Source: Moniliella sp. 'wahieum' (taxonomy: Eukaryota). Taken from it: a stretch of 64,000 nt of DNA. Within the stretch, counting starts at the first letter, position 1, and every line of letters starts with the position of its first letter. The notes under the pieces are model-generated. The model saw only the letters and a program-made list of their open reading frames with translations, made no database searches and had not been told where the DNA came from. Position numbers and translations under genes: made by a program. Of the stretch, positions 37,279 through 51,200 are shown one piece after another. The stretch lies in contig RSEE01000004.1 in assembly GCA_003971905.1 (NCBI GenBank), forward strand, positions 248,001 through 312,000. Reading direction: 5' to 3'.

Positions 37279-40200
37279 ATGGGTCCGTCCAACAAGGAAG
37301 CAATGTTTGCCTCGGATGACGCTGAGGCCGGCGATCTCCCACCGCTCCCATCCCTCGCACACGGTCTGGATACTACCAACTCTGTCTCTCTGGCGTTCGC
37401 ACAAGGCGCGCGCGACCATGCTGCTGGCATTGTCCACCCTGAGTCATTCAGCCCCAACCCACTGCGTCGCACGCGGCACACCGATATGGGCGCTCGCACT
37501 TCAACTATCCAGTCTGTTCGCTCTGCTCAAACCCGGGATGGTGCTCTCATACCAGCCGAGTTCCGTACAATGTCAATCCAAGTCGGCGAAATCCGCACCC
37601 AAGAACGCATCCAGGCCAATGCCAAACACTCCACCACGGCCGAGCTGGCGGGCAAGCTGGGGATGAATAAGCTGCGTCCCAAAAAGGCGACCTCTAAACC
37701 CCCTGCTCCGATGCCGATTACTTTTCTCAGCTTTCGTACCACGTCACTCCCGCAGTCAAGGTTGCTTCTGAGTTGGCGGTTGCCCCCGAGACTGGGCTAA
37801 CTAACGACGCTGACGAGGCTCAGGCGCGTCTGAATCGCGATGGTCCGAACGCATTCAAAGCAAAGAAGCCTAACTACGTTTTGAAACTGCTTTCCTGGTT
37901 CTTTGGGGGATTCGGGTTTATCCTCTCTCTTGCGGTAATTCTCTTTGGCATCAGCTACAAGCCTTGGGTAACCCGGACCCTGCGCCATACAACCTTGCCC
38001 TCGCCATTCTCGTCCTTATTGTCATCTTTCTCCAGGGTCTCTTCAATGCTGCCCAAGACTGGTCGACGACCCGCGTCATGAACTCTATCATGGGCCTGCT
38101 CCCTTCCGATGCTGTGGTTCTACGTGACGGCCAGAAAATTACTGTACCCGATCCAATTTGGTAAAGGGTGACCTGGTGATGCTTCGCCAAGGAGATCGTG
38201 TGCCTGCCGACATGCGTCTGTTATCTGCTTCCAACGATCTGGCTTTCGATCGTGCCGTTCTGACTGGGGAGTCGGAGGAAGTGCCGGCCGAGCTCGTGTC
38301 GGATGAAGAGAACTTCCTCGAATCCAAAGCGATCGCTTTCCTTGGGTCATATGTTACCTCTGGTTCGGGCGGGGATTGTTGTTCTTACTGGGTCCGAGAC
38401 GGTGATGGGACGGATCAACAAACTTACCAACACGGGCAAGGAGAAGACGACCAACTTACAAAAGGAGGTGAATCGCTTCATCTTCATCATTGTTAGTCTC
38501 ACCGTCTCTCTCATCCAGCTATGCTGATTTTCTGGCTGTGCTACCTTCGCAAGCATCACAAGGGATTCCTTAACACTTCGGGGATCGTGACTAATTTGAT
38601 GGTACGTTTCCCTCTCCTTGGTTAAGTATTGGAACGAAAAATTGACCAGATTTCTATCAGTCGATTGTGGTGGCTTTCATTCCCGAGGGTGTGCCAATGG
38701 GTGTGACTCTCACGCTCTCCCTCGTTGCCAGGCGGATGAGAGACGCGGATGTGCTTCCCAAGTCATTGGCCACTGTCGAGACACTGGGCACGGTCAATGT
38801 TCTCTTATCGGACAAAACGGGTACCTTGACCGCCAACAAGATGACGGTCAGCACTGTCTATGTTGATGGAGAAAATCAAGGACGCGGGCGAGGCACTTCG
38901 TGAGGCCCAGCCGGCTTACCAGACGTTTGAACGGGCTCTTGCGCTGTGTAACGATGCTTTCTTTGAGGTGCAACGCGCTGAATCGGCTTCCGAGTCCATC
39001 GACTCCACCAAGGACAAGTTGGAGAAGGATACGATGGAGACGCGGGTGGTCAACGAAGGTCGAGGCGTAGCTAAGGGCAACGCAACCGATGTCGCCGTTC
39101 TCAACTATGTCGCTTCCAGCCCCGAATATGAACCGACCATGGCCGGGTACGAGCGGGTGTTTGTCCTTCCTTTCAACTCGACCAATAAGTTCATGATGAC
39201 GGCTTGTGTGCAGCATGGCGCAGGTCGGACACGCACAGTTCTCTTCAAGGGTGCCCGATATTCTCTTGCCCAAGTGTTCTATGCCGGATGAGGTGCGCCA
39301 AGCGGTAGTGGCAGCGCAGGAGCGCATGTCGCCCAAGGCCAGCGCGTTATCCTAATTGCTTCTCGTCTCCCCATTGCATCAAAGAGCGATCCGACCACCT
39401 GGTGGCCCTCTGATGAAGAGACGCAGACTTTGTCCGACCTCGACTTCCTTGGATTGGTCGGGATTGTGGATCCGCCCAAGAAGGAGATCCCACAGACAGT
39501 GGCTGACTGCCGTCGCTCTGGCTGCCGCTTCTTCATGGTCACAGGCGACTTTATTACGACTGCTTCTGCGATCGCAGAAATGTGTGGCATCTTTTCTTCG
39601 CGGGAGCGGGTGAGCCGAGTGGCGGATGTACCCAACGATTCGGAAGCTGAACCTCCACTAACGCTTGCGATCGAGGGAAAAGATTCCCCTTATCACCCAG
39701 GAGCAGTGGGATGTGATCTGTCGCACCGAGGAAATCGTCTTTGCCCGCACCACCCCCGAGCAGAAACTGGCCATCCTCACCGAATTCCAAAACAGGAAGT
39801 ACGTGTGCGCCATGACTGGTGATGGCACCAACGATCACCGGCGCTCCGAGCTGCAGTGGGCACGCTATGGTGTCAGGATCGGATGTGGCTTTGGCAGCGG
39901 CTGACTTGGTCTTGCTGGGACTTTTCTTCAATCATTGAGGGCATGCGTCTGGGTCGCCTTGTGTTCCAGAACTTGCAAAAAGTTATCTGCTATCTCCTTC
40001 CTGCCGGCTCATTCTCTGAGGATATGCCATTGATTGCGAACGTGTTCCTTGGTCTTCCGGTATGTGTTGTTTTGATGACCTTTCCTTTGTGAGACGGGTT
40101 CTGACGCATTGTTTCTTAGCTACCCTTGTCCTCGTTCCAGATGATTATTATCTGTCTTCTCACCGACCTTGCCTGCTCTCTTTGCATGATCTTTGAAAAG

Positions 40201-40781
40201 GAGGAATTCGACCTGCTGTCCCTCCCGCCCCGCAAACAAGTGAGCATTTGGTAAATCTACAACTGTATGGCCAAGCGTACGGGTTTGTGGGAATGATGGA
40301 GATGCTGTGTGCGATGAGCATGTTCTTCCTCTACTTGAAGCAAGAGGGCAACTTTAACATTGGCGACTTGTTCTTGGCGTATGAAAAGTGGGGCGAGGGC
40401 TTTCACGGCTATTCGGCCGACAAGATCAGTAATTTCCTCAACACGGGACAAAGCATCTACTTTGTCACGCTCGTCATTATGCAAATCGGAAATCTGCTTA
40501 CCGTTCGCTCCAAGCGCATGTCTCTTCTACAGTCCGACCCGTTCTTTAACAAGAAGCGGCGCAACGTTTCCATTCTGGTTGGGCCCACCGTGTCGATTGC
40601 GATTGCGATTCTCATCACCGAGGTGCACTGGTTCAACCATCTGTTTGGTACGGCTCATGTACCGATCCGCTTCTGGTTCATCCCTGTGCCCTTGGCATTG
40701 GGTGTGCTGTTGATGGACGAGTGCCGCAAAATCGTGATTCGGACCTGGCCCCACAGCTTGGTGGCCAAGCTGGCTTGGTAA
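37279..40781 (+). CDS. P-type ATPase, Na,K-ATPase-like fungal ACU family (K+/Na+ uptake)
   Basis: GDRVPAD, LTGESE, VAFIPEG, LLSDKTGTLTANKM, GNATDVA, PFNSTNKFM, KGAPD, DPPK, MVTGD, FARTTPEQK, MTGDGTND, YLLPAGSFSE; ends ...AKLAW*. Introns 38602-38660 and 40060-40119. Confidence 0.9.
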
Positions 40782-41273
40782 ACCCAGAGCATGTTCGCTC
40801 TAGACTGGGAAACCGACTAAGCCGGCCGATACCTTGGGGGTTTCTGAATATATAACCTCACTGCTTGTTTCTCTATATGCTATGAGAAGCATCTCTTCCG
40901 CTATAACATTCCCGGTATCGACAGAGTGCACCTGCTTTTGTATCTACTGTCATCTCAATCTCAATTGTGATGGTCCGCTTTCGAGCGCTGAATTGACGTT
41001 TCTTTACGCACGATGAAAAAGTGTCCCGCTTCTCTGTCTACGACCATATTAAATGCGACTTGCCTGATGATTCTTTCGAGGTGTCTGTTGAGAGAGAGAA
41101 ATGGATGTAAGGGCAGTGCGCACGCATATCAGTGTACTGTGTAGGTGCAACAACTAATATGGTATCACCGTCAGGGACAAGGCTGTGGACGATAGTAGAT
41201 TTTGCCCTCTCTTTTCCTCTCGCGCTCTTCGCCGTCCTGCGCGTGTCAACTTCACATGTTGGCAGAAGAGGAG

Positions 41274-41371
41274 TGGAACAGTCGGGGTGAGAGACGAGGG
41301 AAACCACGGTCTTGTTAGTATACACGGGAGGCAGAATTGGAAATTGGAGCAAGCTTAGTCAATCGGCGACA
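41274..41371. mobile_element. Internally deleted family A LTR (reverse orientation)
   Basis: tggaacagtcgggg..acgagggaaacc..gaattggaaattggagcaagcttagtc..cggcgaca matches both ends of family A; flanks aggag/agaag. Confidence 0.6.
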
Positions 41372-42281
41372 AGAAGACACATGACTATAGGAGAAAACGA
41401 CAGGGAGGGCCATTGCAAGATTATGAAGAGGATGGTAGCAGTTTCGCTTGGAAAGACCTTTTGATTTCATCCCAATCAAAGGCTATGATTGGGACGGTTT
41501 GTATACTGCATCCATATCATTGACAGAGCTTAAGGCTGGGACAGGGAAACGCTGTTTGTATGCAATAGAACATGTTTTCGTCGCATACCACAAAACCCAC
41601 GTACAACGTCGGTGGTGATGTCAATGATCCAGTTGGCCATATACTTCCACACTCGTGGCTCGCGCATTGCTTTTGACGCAAGAAATTTGATCCAATTTCC
41701 AATTCTGCGTCTCGTGCCTGTCGCTGTTGCTGGATCCCCTTCTTTTCATAGATCAACACCAGAACGCATCTTGCCGATGCGCACTTCTTTTTTTCATCAT
41801 TTGGTCCCATGATGCATGATGGCGCACGGCGAGAGAGAAAAGTGTGTGGTAGCTCGGCTTGCTTGCGTGGCTTAGTAGCCCATCGTTGTTCGGTGGGGAG
41901 GGAGGTTTTGGGTTGAATTGTGCGAATGAAGATGGTGGTCCAAGGGACAGAAGGGAATGCGTCATGTGGATGTGAGGATGGACAGCATCGTGGGCGATTA
42001 CCGAAGTGGCTTGCATGGGCCACTGCGGCTTTGGCTGGCTGAAGTAAGCGGGTGCGGTAAGGAGCCTGGCAGTGTGTGAGGGCAGCATAGGGGTGGTTGC
42101 AGGCAGTGGGTTAGATTCGTGAACGTTAAATATTCAATGTTCAATGCGGAAGTTCTTGAAGTTACACGTTCAACACAGTACGTACACAAACGACGACGTT
42201 TCCTCGACGTTCAGTACGTTCAATGAACAGCACTAGTTCACTCTAGTCACCGGTCACTGGTCGATCACGATCACCGAACAC

Positions 42282-42330
42282 TAGTCACTATCACTAGTCA
42301 CTAGTCACTAGTCACTAGTCACCTAGTCAC
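42282..42330. repeat. (TCACTAG)n heptamer tandem
   Basis: tagtcactatcactagtcactagtcactagtcactagtcacctagtcac. Confidence 0.9.
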
Positions 42331-42829
42331 TCGTGGCGTCCTGGGCTCTGGGGCAGCACACGGCGGACGGGGCATGGAGTGCTCCCGTGCGTGAGTTCGG
42401 GGACTGGGATCTGGGAAGTGGCGTCGTGCGGGGGCCGGCACGGGGAGGCGCTGAGGGCGATCTCAACGAGACGCATCTGAGACGGAGCGCCAGGGATGCA
42501 TGCTCGCTACTGGCCGCCTGAGCGCCTGGGCGCCTGAGCGCTTGCCCGCACAGCTTGGCTGCTCGCCTCGGACGCTGCGGCGTGCCGCAGACTGCGCTGG
42601 GCTGTCGTCTGCTGCGGCGCCGATTGCAGCCGTCAATCCGTCCCGACCCGGCCCAGCGCAGCGCACCACTGGCGCACCGAGTGTACCCCCAGCACTGCAC
42701 GGCACTGCACTGCGCCGCGGCGGCCGCCGCAGCCACTCGCCCGCCAGCGCTTTTCGCCGGCGTCAGTTGCTGTGCCCGACGGCTTCCACCACCTCGGCTC
42801 TCTCGGTGCCTCCTTCTTCTTCCAGGCCC

Positions 42830-45800
42830 ATGGCTGCCCCTCCCGCCGCCGACCCGCCGCCCCCCTGGGACTCCCCCGCCGACTCCGGCTTCGACTTCTC
42901 CGCCCCGCTCCAGGCGCTGGACGAGCCGCCGCTGCCCAGCAGCGCTAGTGCCGCTGGCAGTGTGTCCGAATCCGGCGCGTCCACCACCGATGCCGGCGAA
43001 TCGACGGACGATGGCGAAGCCCTCTCCCGCCCCAGCGACGGCGCCAGCCCAGAGCCCGCCATGGGTGGCTTTGCCTGCCCCACCTGTGGCCACCGCTTTC
43101 GGCGCAAGAACGGGCTCAGCCGCCACATGCGCTCCCACACGGCGAGAAGCCCTTCGCATGCACGCTCTGCAAGTTCCGCTCCACCCGCACCGACAGTCTC
43201 CAGCGGCATATGAAGCTCCATGCCCATCCCGACCTCCCCGCCTCGCAGCACCCGGCCTGGATGCCGGCGGCGTACCCCGTCGAGCCGCCGCACGGGTTCG
43301 ACGTCCCCCATTCGACCCGCTACGGCTACAGCACCCACCCCTATGCCACGGGGCGCGACATCCGTGCCGCGCCCGGTTACACCTCTACCCGACCCTACCC
43401 CGCCTCGCATCTTGCCCCGCAGGCGTATGACGATTATGCGTCGCCCCCGCTGGGCTATCCGCCTATGGAGACTGTCGCCCCCGGCCTGCCTGCGCCCCTG
43501 ACATCCACGCCCATCGACCCTAGCAACACCATGTCCTCCATCCTCCGGCCTTCGCCGGGGACACATGCCCATCCCAATGCCTCCTCCTCCTTCTCCGGCA
43601 GTTCCACCAGTCTGCACAGCTCTGCCAGCTTGCACACGCCATCCCACGGAGACCTCTCTTCCACTCCAGCAGCCACGTGGACAAGCCCCGTGCCGTCGGT
43701 GTCTCAGCAACCTTCGCCCTCGCCCCTACTCAGCCAGTCCTCTTACCCCTTTGAAGGAAGCAGTCTGCTCCAATCGCACCCGTCGCACCAAGCACTCCCA
43801 GCACCTCCCCCGCCGCACCACCGTGCTGTTTGGCACGCCCAACAGCAGGATAAGGGCACTAGTCCGCTAATTATCCCTCCGCCTGCTTCCAGTTCTTCTC
43901 TCTGCTGCTGCCGCTGCGTTGTGCCGGGCGTGCCACAGATCCAAGTTACCGAGGGATTTCCCACCTCACCCGACTTCGACTTTGGCCGTCTGTTCGGCGC
44001 GACCCTTGCGGACGAGTCGGCGCTTGGGTTTGATGCGTACATTGCTCAAGCCGCCAGTCTTTTTTCGCCAATCAAGCCGGCCAGTATGGAGGACCAGCAG
44101 CAGGGATCACTAAATGCTTTACTTGGGGATCTGGGAAGCGACGTCCTGGACACAGGATTTGCCTCCCACTTGACCTTGCCTCCCGACTCGGCCGATGCAC
44201 CTGCGCCAGCGGCCATTCCTGCCTCCCAATCGACACCTGTCCCAATTTGTGCTCAACTTTAACCGACACATGCCCTTTATTCATGTGCCCACCATCCCAC
44301 AACTCTTTAGTGACATTCTCGACCACCAGGGCAAAGTCAAGCTTTCGGTTGAAGCCAAGCAGATCGACTGCCTCAAGCCGTGTACCGAAGATGTATTACG
44401 CGCAATGGCCATCGTTGGTGCCTCGTACGATGGCATGGCCCCATCGGGTGGCAGTTTCGTGCCCATCCCGTCATCGCTGGAGGGGATGGAGATGGATGCA
44501 ACGCCGCTTTTGGTCGACTGGTACGGCGCAAACGAGCTGAAGAACAAGCTCTTGGCCGACTTCGCCGCAGACAACCCTCCTTCTACTGTGAGAGCGACGT
44601 TTGCGCCTGCTGGTGGGGCCGACTCGCTCTTTAAGGACTTTTTGGAAGAACCTCCACTGCTCCGTCGCGCCCAGGCCTTGATGCTACTCCAGTTTGTCAG
44701 CCTTTTCAGCCAATCGCGTGCGCACCAGAACCATGCTCGGTTGCTGCACGGCGCGCTGATTACTATTGGTCGCGAACTGCTGACAGAGACTGTGCAGCGC
44801 CAAATATTGGAACGGAAATTGACCGAACAAGCCCAATTGAGTGAGTATGAAAAATGGCGGCAATGGTCGCGACGAATGGAACGCAAACGTACTATTTGGG
44901 CGATCGCCGTGTGCGATCAATTGCAATCGGTCCTCTTCCGCCTTCCTCCCTTTCTTCAGGCGAACGAGTTGGATTCGGTCGATATCTCTGACTTGGGCAG
45001 CACCGAGATGTGGGAAGCGCCTTCGGCCGAGGCATGGGCTGCTCTGCCCTGCCCCCACTCCCCCAGTTGGCAAAGCGTCGGTTCAATCGGTATTGACCAT
45101 GTTGCTGGATCCTGCGGCTGAGACGGCGCCCATGGCCCAGCTGGGCCCTGCGGCTACTTTGTCACGGCGCTTTGCTTAATGAGCCAAACGACCGAGACGA
45201 TGCGCCAGGACACAGAGACCCGGAAACGGCTCCGGCAGTCGGCCGGATTAGGCCCCGACCCGCCTGGTGCGTCGGAGGCGGTGCGGCTGCAGAACGCTCG
45301 CACCGCCTTGGAGGCTCTCGGGGCAGGGGAAAAGTCTGCACTGATTAAGGAGGCAAAGGAGGCCGATCGGGTTCTGTCCCATACCGTGGGCCAGATCGAA
45401 ACGGGTTTGGCGCGGTGGCGGGAACATGCACGGGTCCCCGTTCCCGCCCCAGGCGATGGCACTGCGCCCTGGCCCGAGGAAAGCGTGTCGATTTCCTGTG
45501 CGACGGTCCATCTCATGGCCCAACTCAGGGGCCGGTGCCAATCTGAGGACAGCTGGGCCGAGGCATCCGAACCGTCGTTGGTTCGCTTGTTGGCTGTGGT
45601 GCCTCAGAGCCGGTCTACGCCCGACGAGACGGAAACTCTGTTGGTTCAGGTTAGGAGAGCCCTCCGATCCCCTGACCCCGCTGCCGCGCTGGTCCTGCTT
45701 GGTGTGGTGTGCCCCTCCGCCATGCACAGGCCCCCACCCTCCCCCCAGGCCTACCGGAGCCCAATGTCGATCCCACCTCGTTCCGCGGCTTCTTCCCCCG

Positions 45801-46253
45801 GTTACAGTAACTACACACCCGACTGTGGCGTCGTTTTCCTCGTTTGGTTCCACAACCACCCTTTTGTTTTGTCCCACTATTAATTCCAATGGCATTGCTC
45901 TTGTTTAGTCGTGCGCGTACGCAAGCGGTACTGGAGCCGCTTCGGCAGCTGAAGGATAGCCGAGCTGATGCAGGCGGTGGGACTGCTGCACAGGGGCGGT
46001 GAGGCCACAATGCCCTCGAACACGCGGATGCACAGAGCCTACAACATATGCGGAACGGTGCCGATTGTACCAAGACTTGGCAAAAAGTGCATCGAGTAGC
46101 CAGAACGACAGAGCGGTTTTTGCTGATCTGAACTTCCTAGCACTCCCACACACTCTCTTGCTCTGGTGTACTCAGGGTACATCGGAGCCTCGCGTACTTT
46201 CCATTCTCGACTTGCATGCCCACAGCAGATCGCCAACCTACTATCCCATATGA
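42830..46253 (+). CDS. C2H2 zinc-finger transcription factor with fungal-specific TF domain (Adr1/AmdX-like architecture)
   Basis: FACPTCGHRFRRKNGLSRHMRSHTGEKPFACTLCKFRSTRTDSLQRHMKLH (one indel), then FNRHMPFIHVPT, LRAMAIVGASY, QALMLLQ, WRQWSRRMERKRTIW, MWEAPSAEAW. 3' end approximate. Confidence 0.88.
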
Positions 46254-46682
46254 AACTGACAGACCCACAAGAGAATCGTCGTCACTGGCAGCTCGGATTA
46301 AACATCTCAATTCGACATATTAGTGCTGGCATACACCAGATGGGGTTTGCGTCCTCTTGACCATGAGCGCCTGGAAGAGCTTGCAGCTTAAGCTGAGCGC
46401 CTCCGGCGTCTCCGGCTAATGAACGTTGGTTGAACGAGACGTACCAGCGGAGTTACCCCGACTATCACCAAAAAAACGAGGTGCAATTGCTGGCGAGGCA
46501 CACGGTAACCCTACTTCAAACCCTAGTCTAACTTCTCGCATGTCGCATGTCACACGTCACAGGCCTCAGGGCCACAGGCCACATGCCACAGGTCTCCCCC
46601 AGGCAAGGAAATTTTAAACCTGCGTCGCGGGAGACATGCATCAACTACATCAACCAATTGGCGTCATGACAGACCCACCGCC

Positions 46683-48970
46683 ATGGTCGCTGACAACACC
46701 GATCCACTCACCCAAGCACTTGTGTGTATTGCCTTGCAGCATCGTCTTGGATTGGGCTAACCACAGGTGTACCCCCCCCCCCCCCCAAGAACGATTTTGA
46801 GGAGAGTATCCGCTCCGTCCTGCGTGAGGCGGCGCGGGTCTCCCCGCTGTCTCAGGCAATGCCCACTGTCGCCACCCGCGTGGTGACCTCGTCGCTGGCC
46901 AAGAACCAGTTGCTGCCTATGCCAGCAAACCTGCATGCTCGTCTCCGTTTTGGCATGGATGCGTGGGATACATTCTTACTCAACGCATATCCGCTTTTGG
47001 CCCTGGACCGTCTCCAGCCCGGAGGTGATCTGCTGAAAGCGCACCTTACCCTCTGTAGTGAGTTGTTCCCTACTTCTCCCACTCCCGAAACGGATGAACA
47101 AGAGACCGAATCCGGTCTATTTTGGGTGGCACACCCATGCAAAGTGCCGTTTCCCGTGGTGTGGATTCCATTCTTCGGCTTCTTCGCCCCACCGATCCGA
47201 TTTCTGTGCATCGTCCGGACCCGATCTTGCTCCTTCTTCTGCCAGGGGAAGGGTTCGTCAACCATTTCACCGACTTCAACTCTCTATCCTGATATTACTC
47301 GGCCATCAGATCGTTTATCTCATCCTCCGGTGAAGACAGGGCACGCCCACCTGGAGAATGCGGAGAAAGAAAAGCGTTGCCGAACTCCACACGACTCTGA
47401 CTCCCACTCCAAAGAGAAGCGCAAGCGGCCTCTTCCCCCAGAAGACCGGCGTAATTCCTATCAGTTCCATGAGAAAATGGTCAACGGGCGCCCCATCAAC
47501 GGGGACAGGGAGGTACAATCCAAGCGATTGAGGTGGGACCCGTCTGCATTGCGTGTTGCTCGCGATGCCCGCTCAGCTGAAATTGTTGCGTTAAGTGATT
47601 TCGTGGAGAAGTGCATGGTAGGTGGCCGCTGTTGTCACTTTCCAGGACATGTGAGCTGACTTCATCCAGACTGAAGCAGTGGATCGCCTACAGAGCTAAT
47701 TGGCACTTGTCAAGAAAAGGGAGGTCAAGGCCCCAACCAAGAACATTGACGTAATACAAACTTCGATCTTGCGCTTTTTGTGTTGCAATCTCGTGCAGTG
47801 TGGACTGCTCCCTTCATCGGACTCATGCTGTAGCTCCTTGAATGCTTCGCATCGTAAGGAACACGAAACAACATGGTCAAATCATGCTCTCCTTGCCTAC
47901 CCACTGTTGCACGCGGCCGCTTTTGCGCCGCACCAGCCGTTAATGACCGTGCACTTGAAGAGCCGAACAAGGTTCGAATCCCCCCGGCGTTCCCGTTTGA
48001 TTGATTGGCTTCAAGAACCTATCGGGGCCAAAATTGGGACTACGTGTCAAGACTCGCTTTCCCACTTTATCAACGACAGCCGGAGGAAGAGCAATGTCAA
48101 GGTACCCGCACCATCCACCATTCTTGGACGTGGTGCTCTCTTGGTAGTATGTTCCTCTCTGCTTATTGGTACTGTGAACAGCACACTAACATTTTCTAGC
48201 GCACGTGGTCCAACGCTTTGGAAACCCGAATAAAGGCTTTGCTCGACGAAGATCCATCCATCAGCCCGCTTCCGATATCCTGGCTCGTGTCCCAGCTTCT
48301 TTCAGATGGCATGATCAGAATGGCTTTACTCCCCAGCGCCCACCAACTGTTGCCATACATGGGCCACGTGGCCATGACCCTCCCTACTGCTGAGAACCAT
48401 CGCATGTGGCCTGAACATCTCCTTCGCACTTTTCCTTTACTCTCTCTCAACCTACTACGGCCGTGGAAATTGACACTGCGCACAGCCGTATGTACGGAGG
48501 TCACTCACCAAATACCTCCTACCCCTACGCAGCTGAAACACGACGAGGACATTGTTCGTGTTACCGATGGCACCCTCAACCGTCTTGCATCTCTCATCGA
48601 TGAATGGCTGGACGAGGTGCTACCGACCATGCCAAGCATTTACCTGTGACTATGGTCACACCAGAAGTTATGGCACGTACTAATTAACTCTTCTAGTGCA
48701 CCCCACTTCGATAAGGGAGCGTTGCTACTTTCTCCTCTCCTTTTTGCGCTGGACAGATTTCTGGTTTTGCTTCTACAGTATTTTTGGTCGAATCAGCTTG
48801 AGGCGAAAAAAAGAAAGCTTCCGATTCCTAAAGCGGCATCTCCTTTATATTACCGGTTACGCCCAATGGTTGTGAGCAAAAAACGCGAAACAAACGGCCA
48901 TCATGCCTCAGTAGAGCAACTGTCACGGCTAACGAAGAAGGATTGCCCATCTCGCATCTGCGCCTGGTGA
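46683..48970 (+). CDS. Orphan protein, paralog 1 of an inverted pair
   Basis: MVADNTDPLTQAL|intron 46722-46766|VYPPPPKNDFEESIRSVLREAARVS...; C-terminal LDEDPSISPLPISWLV...LLRTFPLL...PWKLTLRTAVCT. 3' end approximate. Confidence 0.65.
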
Positions 48971-49646
48971 TCCCACGAGTCCCGTGGAGTGTTAGGGAGA
49001 TTGACCTGTTTAACCATTGAATGTTGAACAAAACTTCAACCTTGAGGCGTTCAGGGCAACCAGGGGCAACTGACGCTGAAGCTTGAAGGGAGCTCTGAGG
49101 GTGCTGTGCCGTGGAGCAGGACACTCTCCTAGTACGAGCAGTCTAAAGGAGAGGTGACCAGTCGACGATCGGTCACACAGAGTGGGAACGAGGTTACGAG
49201 TGAAGCGAAGCGAAGAGCGAGCGGTGGTGTGAAGAAACAGGATACAAACTGTAGAGAAGGAGGACAGGAAAGGCGAGTGCGCGCAGCGTGACTGCTATGG
49301 CATGAGCGGGCCTAGTGCCCCTGAGCCATGGCACCCGCCTAGGCAAGCTAACACTCCCCCGTCACCACAAGAGTGCTCATCATCACTCACAGAGCCTGTG
49401 CTCGTCGACATCGCTCCGCGCTCAACTATTAACACATGCTACCAGCTCGTTTTGCTTCCTGTCTAGGGCCTAGGGCACGGCAAGGCCTGTACAGCAGCTG
49501 GCGGAGCCGCTCGGTCTGTATAGTCCCTGCCATGACGAGTTGAGCGACGAGGCTAGGGGAGTCAGTAGTCACTTCGGTACTACTAGTCAAATTATCGACC
49601 CCAAGCACTGGCAAGACGATCGGTCAGGCCGGTCACCGGTCACCGG

Positions 49647-51200
49647 TCAAACTGCACAAGCTTTTGTTCGGTTCACACTTGCCCCTGTGGGCAGGGAGGG
49701 TAGATAGAAAGCGTGAGCGTGACGGTGACGCTGCAAGTAGGCTTGCGGTGCTCCCCCCCTATGGGTGCCGGCACCCACATTCGCCCTCTGGAAAGCATTG
49801 GACAGGAATATCGAAGGCCAGTTCACCACCACTGAGTGGTCTGGGTGGGGAAGTAGCTGGGCTGCTGAGGTGTGTGTGATGGGAAGGCGGATTGCCCGAG
49901 AAGAGGGGGCAGAAAAGGCCTGCGCGCCCAAATCTATAGGAGAAGCGAGGGGCGCCGGCGTAGATAAGGCCGTGTTGGAGTACCCTGTCGCGGCTCCAGC
50001 CTGAGCCGGGAACGAAGTTTGGGGTTGGAAGGCAGCCTGTTGTGGCAGTGCAGTTTGTGGTTGGAACGGCGCGGCGTAGGGCTGAAAGGCAACCTGTTGT
50101 TGCTGCGCAGCTTGTGGTTGAAACGGCAATGTGTAAGGTTGTTGGAAGGCAGCTTGTTGTTGCAAAGGTTGAGACGGCTGAGTTGGTGCAAACCCACCAA
50201 ACGCCGTGATGCCCAGGGAAACGTTCGAAGGCAAGCTGGCAGGGAGCGAGGGCCCAAGAGAGACGTTGGAAGACGAATTCGAACGCATGCCCGTAAAAGA
50301 GGGAGGTTGATGCTGGCTGGGCAGGGTGGCAGAAAGAGAGCGTTGGTTAGGAAGAGGGCCGAGGCTGAAAGGGTTCGACGCAGGGTGGGTCGTAAATGGC
50401 CCTGTTGTGGTTGGAGTGAAAGGAGATCCAGCTGGATGTGGACCAAAGGAGGAGGCCGGAGACACCGGCCCCGTAGAGGTGGGGAGCAGGGTAAATGGAT
50501 TGGACTGTGACCCCGTCGAGGTCGAGGTTGCGGATGGTGATATAGCCGAGGGCGGAGGAATGGATTTAGGGGGTGCAGTAGAGGGAGGAGGGGCGGTCGA
50601 ACGGCGGGGTGGGAGATCGGGAGGGGGTGAAGTCAGTGTAATTTGGGGGCGGGGCAAGTCGCGCGTCGAGGAGCTCGGTGGCAGCGTGGGACGGTTCTTT
50701 GGTAGCGGCGGAGGGGCTCGCCCTTTTGAAGCAGGGCTGGAGATAGGGTCCGTCGGTGCAGGCCGGACGAATTTGCGGAACTGGTACTTGTCTCGGATAA
50801 ACTTGTCCATTTCACTGCTCGGGGACGCCAGTCGTTAGTCAATGGCCAGCATCAATCATGGGGGTGGGTAGGAAGGGACGAACCTGTCGCGCTCATCATC
50901 GTTGAAGGTAAGCGGGCGGACTCCACTAGGATTGAAGAAAGCGTTGGACTTTATGTTTCCCATTTCCCGCATGTGCTTCACCTCCTCTCGCGTCCACGAG
51001 TCGAGGGAAGTGGACTTGATGCGGGAGATGTGGGTGCCGAGGTGGCGATGAAGTGAGGCGCAGCGCATGCAGAGAAAGATGCCCAGGTTGACGCTCGCCC
51101 AGCGCGGATGAGCCGCAGAACATTCGGCACACCGGTCGTTCCCCTTCTCGGCAAGTGCTGCGTTCAGCCCGGCCTTGATGCGTGTTGCGCCGGTTGACAT
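49647..51200 (-). CDS. ArfGAP-domain protein (SMAP/Gts1/Age2-like) with Pro/Gln-rich tail
   Basis: GNDRCAECSAAHPRWASVNLGIFLCMRCASLHRHLGTHISRIKSTSLDSWT...GNIKSN. Intron 50815-50883 joins to SEMDKFIRDKYQFRKF. Confidence 0.92.
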
